Virus record (IMG/VR): IMGVR_UViG_3300033485_000048
Span: 1-36,969 of that record
Length of the DNA stretch: 36,969 nt
Strand: one strand, 5' to 3'
DNA from: a virus
Taxonomy: Duplodnaviria; Caudoviricetes
The notes under the pieces were generated by a model that was not told where the DNA came from, made no database searches, and worked only from the letters and a program-made list of their open reading frames with translations. Made by a program: the position numbers and the translations under genes. Below, one piece after another: positions 1 to 6,423 of this stretch (the stretch's first letter is position 1; every line of letters starts with the position of its first letter).

Positions 1-985
1 TGAAGCCAGCAACACCACTGAGCACCGCTTTTTGTGCTGATGCTGTCCTTGTCGCGTGTTTTGCGTTGAGCGCTGTTTGGGTGAGCATTTCGCCCATCGC
101 ATGTGCGGCGATCATGCCCACGTTGTGTCCCAACGTAGGGAGCTTCCCTCGCGTGTTCAACCCGTAGCATTTCTGGCACACACCGTCGGGTGCTTCGCAC
201 GTCATGGGAGAACGCACACGCAGTTGCTTCACGTTCTGGTCTTGCCAATTGCGAATGTTCTGAGGCGTGATGAGTTCACCGGTGTCGGCTCGATAGCGAT
301 CAATCGCGTTGCTGTCGGTCGTGTCCATCACGATGCCGTTCTTCGTACCGCAGTCCGGCATTGTGATGATCTGGTCGGTCATGTTGTTGACGAGGATTTT
401 ATTTACCTCGCCAGGCTCGGATACAGATGTGAATGACTCAACCGCATTTCGCCGTGCTTCTTGCAATGCGATCCAGTTGTCTGCGGGTTTGAGCCCCTCT
501 GCGTAGCTCTTGCTGATGAGCCACGGAATGGTGTTTTGTTGGTCATCCACCGCGGCGACAGGCGATGTGACCGTACGCATGAGCTGGTTGATTTTGCCTC
601 GCGCACCGCTGGTCGCCATCGCGGTCATCTGACCGGGATGCGTCTTGGTCGACTCTACGAGCTTCTGTTGCGTGTCGTGAATGAGTTTGATGCGCTTCGC
701 AGAATCCTTGGTCTTGCGTATCGCTGTGAGTGCTGGCTCCAGGATGCGGTCGCGAACAGCGTAGTCAGGTTCGATGTCATCAAGACCAACAGTGATGCCG
801 GTATCTGTAGAAACGGCGTCACCAACACGCTTCAACTTGCCGATGGTCTCAACATAGAGCTTGGGATCCTTGCGGGCAAGGTCCACCATCAGCGTGTTGA
901 GCTGTTTCTTACTGACCGAACCGTTGATCTGATGCGACGACGGAAGTACGTCGTTCAGCAGCAGTTGCCCGACCGTTGTGGCCAC
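1..985 (-). CDS. rpoC: Phage RNA polymerase beta' subunit, C-terminal half (RpoC2/A''-like); partial, runs off the window edge
   Basis: Not in the ORF track; translated by hand from GTG at 985, 2 nt after the upstream stop. Open to position 1: MATTVGQLLLNDVLP...GITVGLDDI...SGARG...SYAEGL...ARRNAVESFTSVSEPGEVNKILV (bridge helix)...DCGT...VRSPMTCEAPDGVCQKCYG (Zn site)...GHNVGMIAAHAMGEMLTQTALNAKH (trigger loop), colinear with bacterial beta'. Confidence 0.93.
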   Translation of the reverse strand, partial: MATTVGQLLLNDVLPSSHQINGSVSKKQLNTLMVDLARKDPKLYVETIGKLKRVGDAVSTDTGITVGLDDIEPDYAVRDRILEPALTAIRKTKDSAKRIKLIHDTQQKLVESTKTHPGQMTAMATSGARGKINQLMRTVTSPVAAVDDQQNTIPWLISKSYAEGLKPADNWIALQEARRNAVESFTSVSEPGEVNKILVNNMTDQIITMPDCGTKNGIVMDTTDSNAIDRYRADTGELITPQNIRNWQDQNVKQLRVRSPMTCEAPDGVCQKCYGLNTRGKLPTLGHNVGMIAAHAMGEMLTQTALNAKHATRTASAQKAVLSGVAGF

Positions 986-987
986 GG

Positions 988-1290
988 TTACCCCCGTGGG
1001 CTGAACGGCACCATGATGCCGGGGCCGACAGGTTGTCCTTCATCGAGCCCTGCCATACTGATGGGTGCGCCCCACGAGACATGCTTTCCCTTGCTGAAGA
1101 AGTGACCATTCTCGGGATAGATCTTCACTTCTTCATCCATCTGCTGTTGCAACATGTCGGCAAGACGCTCTGCCGGAATGTTCTTCGACTTGGAGGGAAA
1201 GGGTGTACCTAGCTCGTCTGCGCGCGAAGCGCACTTGAGGCCTAGTTCTTCGAGTGCGCGCAGCACTCCCTCTTTGTAGAAAGGCGTCAC
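988..1290 (-). CDS. Hypothetical protein with N-terminal leader motif (FYKEGVLRALEELGLKCA)
   Basis: GTGA overlap with the upstream gene and 2-nt gap to the downstream gene; shares the leader/KxA motif with neighbouring late proteins. Confidence 0.7.
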   Translation of the reverse strand: MTPFYKEGVLRALEELGLKCASRADELGTPFPSKSKNIPAERLADMLQQQMDEEVKIYPENGHFFSKGKHVSWGAPISMAGLDEGQPVGPGIMVPFSPRG

Positions 1291-1868
1291 TTGCCGTTCG
1301 TCTTTGCGGTGATGGCAGCCGCGCGCTCACCCGTGCTTCCGATGACACCGTCGCTACCTGCGCGGTTGAGATGCAGCACGCCCTCGATGAGCTGCGTGAG
1401 CTTCTCGTCGGTGTACTCCTTGCCGTAGCCCATGCTGTCGGCGACCTTCCAGAGCGCATCCTTGACCTTGGTGATCGTCTCTGCGCCGGGCGTTTTCACA
1501 CCGTCGCCATGGAGCACACGCTTCTCGAGTTGTTCTTCACCCCACGCGACGAGCTGCTTGGCTTTTTCTGCCAGGAGGTCTTCGACCTGTACGGGGATGT
1601 CGATCTTGAACTTGGCTTCGAGAAGCTGCACGAGCTTGCGCAGCCCTGCTGCGATGAACGCGGCTACTACCAGGCCAAGGGCGCTCGCGACGGGAAGCAA
1701 CAGCGCTTGCCACCACTTCTGCGTCACAGGCGCGGGTGTGGGGTCTGCCGCGAGAGCGACGAGCGGCCAGAAGCACACGGTCATGATGGTGCAGAACGCA
1801 GCGATGGCTGCGAGGCGAAGCTGAAGGATGTGTTGGGTGAGCCGTGTCATTATCATTCTCCTGTTCAT
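1287..1868 (-). CDS. Putative holin-like membrane protein (LL-H holin-like)
   Basis: Two hydrophobic segments, then QLVAWGEEQ...GAE...KVKDAL...TDEKLTQLIEGVL, resembling the C-terminal pattern of LL-H holins; 4-nt overlaps on both sides. Confidence 0.55.
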   Translation of the reverse strand: MNRRMIMTRLTQHILQLRLAAIAAFCTIMTVCFWPLVALAADPTPAPVTQKWWQALLLPVASALGLVVAAFIAAGLRKLVQLLEAKFKIDIPVQVEDLLAEKAKQLVAWGEEQLEKRVLHGDGVKTPGAETITKVKDALWKVADSMGYGKEYTDEKLTQLIEGVLHLNRAGSDGVIGSTGERAAAITAKTNGK

Positions 1869-2857
1869 GCGCGTGTTCGTTCGGGAGCGATGGCGCGACC
1901 TGCGTGGTAGCCACCGATGCCACCCCCTATGCCACCTGCAAGACTTAACAAGCTACCGGGAGCTACACCCGTGAAACGTCGAATTGCACGTGCGCCAAGA
2001 TTCGCACCTGCACCTGTGCCTGCCCCCATCAAAGCACCACGTAGACGATTTTCCGGACCTGCGGCAAGTGCACCGATGCCTGCACCTATTGCACTTGGAA
2101 GTAATATCCCGGCTGTTTTGGAGAACTGTTGAAGTGCACAGCGCACGCCGAGCCCATATGCCGCAGTCTTGCCCGCCTTGAGTTCATCTTCCATCTTCGC
2201 GAGAGGATCGTAGTAGTTGTCGAACTCCACGAGATGACCTTTCGTGATGGCCTTGCGGACAGGAAGACTGTCCGAGTGTTCTTTCTCTACTTCGATGCCC
2301 TTCGCAAGCTGATCGGGGCGGAAAGCGCTATCGGGACGATCGTGTGCTTTGAGCTGCGCGGCGATGTCTTCACCGGAGAGTTCGGCGCTGGTCTTCAGTT
2401 TTTCACCGAGCAGTTGATAGACTTGCTCCTCGAGCGTGTGAGGATCTGTACCGTATGCTTCGGCGAGTTCATGGACGTTGGCGTCTTCCGGTGTGGGATT
2501 CGCACGGAAAAAGGTGGTGAGCGCGGCTTCGGGAACTTTTTTGCCCTCGGTGATGGTAGGTTCTTGTTCGTCTGTGGAAGCGAGCTTGCGTGTCGCCACA
2601 GCCTTCAACTTGGCCAGCGACGGAGCCCCGATAGGCGTGGCGAGGGCTCCTGGTGCAGGCATGGTCACTTCGAGCGGCTTGGGTTGCGGAGGCAGCTTGA
2701 TTTCGAGAGGCGCGAACGTTGCCTTGGCGGCGTCGACCGCTTTTTTCACGTGCTCGGGCAGGTCCTTCCCTTTCGGGGTGTGCGCAGCCCACCGCTTGGC
2801 GATGCCTGGGTGTTTCGCGAACATGAACCGGCGTTGTGCGTCTGATTTGAAGGGCAT
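1865..2857 (-). CDS. Modular virion-type protein: MPFKS module, acidic helical module, DUF5661-like module and Gly-zipper tail, separated by KxA/S motifs
   Basis: N-terminal MPFKSDAQRRFMFAKHPGIAKRW (a pattern seen in small phage proteins); QLAKGIEVEKEH...GHLVEFDNYYDPLAKME resembles DUF5661; Gly/Ala-rich hydrophobic C-terminus; GAGG SD upstream. Confidence 0.75.
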   Translation of the reverse strand: MPFKSDAQRRFMFAKHPGIAKRWAAHTPKGKDLPEHVKKAVDAAKATFAPLEIKLPPQPKPLEVTMPAPGALATPIGAPSLAKLKAVATRKLASTDEQEPTITEGKKVPEAALTTFFRANPTPEDANVHELAEAYGTDPHTLEEQVYQLLGEKLKTSAELSGEDIAAQLKAHDRPDSAFRPDQLAKGIEVEKEHSDSLPVRKAITKGHLVEFDNYYDPLAKMEDELKAGKTAAYGLGVRCALQQFSKTAGILLPSAIGAGIGALAAGPENRLRGALMGAGTGAGANLGARAIRRFTGVAPGSLLSLAGGIGGGIGGYHAGRAIAPERTRA

Positions 2858-2858
2858 A

Positions 2859-2896
2859 CGCGAACCTCTTCGGGGAGAATTATAGGTGGGTTCGCG
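2859..2896 (-). promoter_or_regulatory. -10-like late promoter (CCTATAATT, 2878-2886) inside an 8-bp inverted repeat overlapping the RBS of 1865-2857
   Basis: CGCGAACC 2859-2866 pairs with GGTTCGCG 2889-2896; TATAAT lies in the loop. Confidence 0.55.
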
Positions 2897-2899
2897 GCG

Positions 2900-5719
2900 T
2901 TACTCAACCTTCTTGATGGGAATGCCGAGACGCACACGCGCCTTTCCGTGCTGGTCTACATCGTGCCAGCGTGCTCGGAACTCCGCGCCGGTCATCTTAC
3001 GGATGGGTTTCCTCGATGAGGGGTCGCTGAGATGTACGTAGCGGTCGACCTTGCTCACGACGGAGTAGTGTCCGTTGCGGTTTGATCGTGCCGGACCATC
3101 CTGGTACGCGGTGATGACGGGAGTACCGGCACGCGTCAGTTCGCGAAGCTTGGTAAGCGTCATGCCCTCACGAACTTTCGCACCCACGACCTTCGCGATG
3201 GCTTCGGGGTCAGTACCTCTGCGTGTGGTCTGCGTGACCTTGGCGAGCACTGCTTCAGGTGCATCCAGACCGTGGTGACGAAGCGCGATGCGCAGCGATG
3301 CGGGACCGCAATTGCCGCGTCGTTCACGGTACGCGTGAGCGGCGGGGTTGAGCATTGCGGTCTTCAAGTGCTGCTTCAATAGTTCGATGTCCGGTTGGTC
3401 TTTAGGTCGATTCATGCGCTGTTTCCAGTGCAACGCATGTTCGGGCGACCAATGCGGAGTCCCATAGTGTGTTGCTGTGGGCACTTCAGCTGCACCAAAA
3501 TCTTCGTCTTGTACCATCCAAGGACCCGTGAAGAGTTCAATCTCTCCTTGGGGCGTCTGGAAACGTACTCGAGGATTGCCCGGACGAATTTCGTCAACCG
3601 TAGCACCAGGAAGTCTGGTCAGCGCTTTGAAGGCCTTCGGGTCAGGGACATGCACATCGAGGTCATGTGTACGCTTGAGTCCAAGTGCTCCAAGGATGCC
3701 ACTGCCGCCAATTCTAACTTGCGTGGGGTCAACTTTTGCTTGTGCAAGTAGCGTATGCAGGTGTCCCACGTAGTTTTTATGCGCAGCGCGCAGAAGAACA
3801 CGTTGTCTTTGCAACATGCCTTCGTAAGGATCACCCGGGACTTCAAGAAGTGTTGCCCACGCTTTTTCAGTACCGAGACCTTCTTGTTTGAGAGCGCGAG
3901 CCTTCTCCGCTAGTTCGGGAAATTGTTTGGCCAGGGCACGTTCGACGTTACGATGTTGTACGCCGCGTCGTGCCAGTGTGGGGTCTGCGGTGGCGTAGAT
4001 GTTCACGGGACGTCCATATCCGGGCAAGCCATAGACAGAACGTCGTTCATCGTGCGTTTCGGTTGTACCCGCAGGAAACTTCGCAAGTAACTCTTGGGGC
4101 GAAGGAGTGAACAGACTTACATCGACATCGGAGAGTCTTCGGGCATCAGGAAGACCTCCACTTGCGTGTCGAAGTGGCAAGTCAGGAAACTGCTTTCGTA
4201 CTTGACGAAAAATGGCTTCTTGCGATTCGGCGGAAGTCTTCTCTTCGAGCGGCTGCATCCCCTTGTCGAGGTGCCAGTCCTGAAAGGACGGTGCCCGCAG
4301 TGCGCCTGGTTTCTTCGGGTGGTCCTTGTCGGTGTACAAACCCAATGCGCGAACGCGCGCCACGCGGCCGATGTACTTCTCGGGATGCGCCAACATGTCT
4401 TGTTTCAAGTCGTGGGTGATGCCGGTGCCGACACGTCCAACAATCTTGCCGCGAGGCGTCCACGAGTACGTGAAGCCACCGGCCAAGCCTTCGCGTCTTC
4501 CCGTTTCGGGGAACACTTCGCGCACGTACACGTCGTGATCGGGGCGGAACTTCGCCTTCACGGGAGGTCCACCGCCCAGCGGCCACATCACTACGCCTTC
4601 GCTCGTAACAGGCTCACGACCCGACCGGATGCGTTCCAGAAGCTGGATCTTCTCTTTCGCAGTCCCTGCCATCGGAGGCAGTTCGAGGAAGGGAAGGGCT
4701 TCGTTAACGCGCTTGAGGATGTCGAGCTTTTCTTGATAAGGGACCGACTCGACATCCTTTCCGTTACGGCGAGCCACGTCGAATACGACTGCGCGAAGTG
4801 GCGAGTGCGATTGGGTGTCGCGGCTCTTCCAGACGCCCGAGTTGAGCACCGCGCCGGTCTCGACAGCTTCACGGGCGCGTCCGGTGTGGGGGTCGGAGGC
4901 GAAGAGTTCGCCGCGGAGCACGAGTCCGTCCAGATGATCTGGTACACGTGATGTGAGCCCAGGCAAGAATCGGTGCGTGTGCTCAATGATGCCGGTGTCA
5001 CGTTCAGTGGGACGATAGGAGAAGATGCGGACGGGCTGACCCGCGTTGAGTTGAATCGTGTTATGGGCACCATCGACTTTCGCCATCATGAGTTGATCGT
5101 CGTTCGTGACGTCAACTTTGTCGGGCTCTGTTTCTTTGTAGGTGGGTTTGCTTTGCGGTAGATTCGGATTGGTCGCCCGCGTGACAGTCACGTTCTGAAG
5201 CAACCACTTGTTCTCGCGAGTTCGGCGCAGAACGTACTCGTTGTTCTGCTTTCCTTCGTAGAGATTAAAGCGCACCTTGTCATTGTTGGCTTCGATGATG
5301 TCGACAGGTGCCTTGACGGCCATTCGTACGCGGCCTTTACCGTAACCGGACTCAATCAGTTCCGGTTTCTTGTCTCCAAAGTGAAGGGCGTACTCTGGCG
5401 TGTGCGTGAACGTCTGTACCGCAAGGAGTTTCTCGCCAGGTTCGGGGAGTCGCGCTTTCGGGATGGCCCACGAGTGTGCCTTACCTGCGTCAGGATCAAC
5501 GAGCCGAAGGTCGTAGTGACGACCTGCTCTCGTAGCTTCGTGATCTTGAACGGCGAGCGTCCAGCGATTGAGCGTGGTGGGTTTGATCGAAGGCAGACGA
5601 CTGATCGGTTTCCCCGAAGGAATCCCCGGTGCGAATTCGGCAGCGGTCTTTACGTGGTAAAGCCCGAGGTCAGCGAGTGCAGCGAGTCTACCGCTCGTGG
5701 TGAATACGCGTGGTAGCAC
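2900..5719 (-). CDS. Multidomain polyprotein: LigD-type 3'-phosphoesterase + ATP-dependent DNA ligase + two Pol-beta-like nucleotidyltransferase domains + C39-like cysteine peptidase
   Basis: PE: HEATRAGRHYDLRL..SWAIPK..LAVQT..H..EY..GYGKG. Ligase: KVDG, LRGEL, VVFDV, EGVV, KAK, GRVGTG, LRAPSF. NTase: SGG..SDVDV and IGGSG..HDLDV..RPKDQPD. C39: NCGPASL..GT..GHYSVV..LSDPS. Confidence 0.85.
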   Translation of the reverse strand: MLPRVFTTSGRLAALADLGLYHVKTAAEFAPGIPSGKPISRLPSIKPTTLNRWTLAVQDHEATRAGRHYDLRLVDPDAGKAHSWAIPKARLPEPGEKLLAVQTFTHTPEYALHFGDKKPELIESGYGKGRVRMAVKAPVDIIEANNDKVRFNLYEGKQNNEYVLRRTRENKWLLQNVTVTRATNPNLPQSKPTYKETEPDKVDVTNDDQLMMAKVDGAHNTIQLNAGQPVRIFSYRPTERDTGIIEHTHRFLPGLTSRVPDHLDGLVLRGELFASDPHTGRAREAVETGAVLNSGVWKSRDTQSHSPLRAVVFDVARRNGKDVESVPYQEKLDILKRVNEALPFLELPPMAGTAKEKIQLLERIRSGREPVTSEGVVMWPLGGGPPVKAKFRPDHDVYVREVFPETGRREGLAGGFTYSWTPRGKIVGRVGTGITHDLKQDMLAHPEKYIGRVARVRALGLYTDKDHPKKPGALRAPSFQDWHLDKGMQPLEEKTSAESQEAIFRQVRKQFPDLPLRHASGGLPDARRLSDVDVSLFTPSPQELLAKFPAGTTETHDERRSVYGLPGYGRPVNIYATADPTLARRGVQHRNVERALAKQFPELAEKARALKQEGLGTEKAWATLLEVPGDPYEGMLQRQRVLLRAAHKNYVGHLHTLLAQAKVDPTQVRIGGSGILGALGLKRTHDLDVHVPDPKAFKALTRLPGATVDEIRPGNPRVRFQTPQGEIELFTGPWMVQDEDFGAAEVPTATHYGTPHWSPEHALHWKQRMNRPKDQPDIELLKQHLKTAMLNPAAHAYRERRGNCGPASLRIALRHHGLDAPEAVLAKVTQTTRRGTDPEAIAKVVGAKVREGMTLTKLRELTRAGTPVITAYQDGPARSNRNGHYSVVSKVDRYVHLSDPSSRKPIRKMTGAEFRARWHDVDQHGKARVRLGIPIKKVE

Positions 5720-5720
5720 A

Positions 5721-6149
5721 TTAGTGCCGCGTGTTCTTCAGTTGCTTTTTGCGTTTGAGCTTGGTTTTGAGCGCCTTGAAACTTGTTCCTTTGCTCATGG
5801 AAAGGCGCGAAGCGCGAGCCTTGGCGCTACGCGGTGTTCCTAGCTTCTCGAGGGCCTTCTCGACGGCGTACTCCGCGGCTGTCTTTCGCGGCGCATCCGT
5901 TGGGTTGTCGTAGTCGCGCTCGAGGAACGAACTGAAGAAGTCCTGCGAAAGCTTTGTGGCACTTCCGACCCCACCATCCGTGGGCATGGGTGAAGGACGA
6001 CCGCTACCCTGCGTGGGCTGTTGCACCGGGTTGCCCGTGCCACTGGTCGGCATCTGCGACGGCATGGGTGCGCCGGTGCCCGCGCTGATGTCGAGGGCAC
6101 ACTTCGCTGCTTCAACGCCCAGCCAGTACGCTGTGTCGAGGGCGTTCAT
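5721..6149 (-). CDS. Small putative head/internal protein with leader motif and very basic C-terminal tail
   Basis: MNALDTAYWLGVEAAKCA leader; internal KLS and KTAA; Lys/Arg-rich tail; 1-nt gap to the downstream gene. Confidence 0.7.
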   Translation of the reverse strand: MNALDTAYWLGVEAAKCALDISAGTGAPMPSQMPTSGTGNPVQQPTQGSGRPSPMPTDGGVGSATKLSQDFFSSFLERDYDNPTDAPRKTAAEYAVEKALEKLGTPRSAKARASRLSMSKGTSFKALKTKLKRKKQLKNTRH

Positions 6150-6156
6150 GGGAATG

Positions 6157-6369
6157 TCAGAAACCGCGCTTGGGACCTGCCAGGCCTGCGTTGGGACCTG
6201 GGTTCACGGGGCCCGGAGGGGCCGCCGGGGGGACTGCGCCGCCGGGAGCGCGGATGCCCGGAGGCGGTGTGACGGGCGCGGGCGGTGCCGCAAGCTTCTC
6301 CACTTCGGCCTGGAAGTCTTGCATCGCCTGGGCAGCGCCCAGCTTGTACGCGGTGTCGAGATGGCTCAT
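6157..6369 (-). CDS. Small Pro/Gly-rich protein with leader motif
   Basis: MSHLDTAYKLGAAQAMQDF..EKLA; AAGGAG SD; leader paralogous to that of 5721-6149. Confidence 0.7.
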   Translation of the reverse strand: MSHLDTAYKLGAAQAMQDFQAEVEKLAAPPAPVTPPPGIRAPGGAVPPAAPPGPVNPGPNAGLAGPKRGF

Positions 6370-6401
6370 TGAAAGCTCCTTGTCGGGTACTTCGTCGCTG
6401 A

Positions 6402-6410
6402 AAGTATAGG
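6402..6410 (-). promoter_or_regulatory. Putative late promoter -10-like element CCTATACTT
   Basis: In the intergenic gap upstream of 6369; similar elements precede other minus-strand genes. Confidence 0.5.
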
Positions 6411-6423
6411 ACAGATCAGCTCG

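Noticed and set aside
56-1105. + strand ORFs 56-436 and 461-1105
   Set aside because: Antisense shadows of the minus-strand beta' C-terminal gene; no motifs of their own
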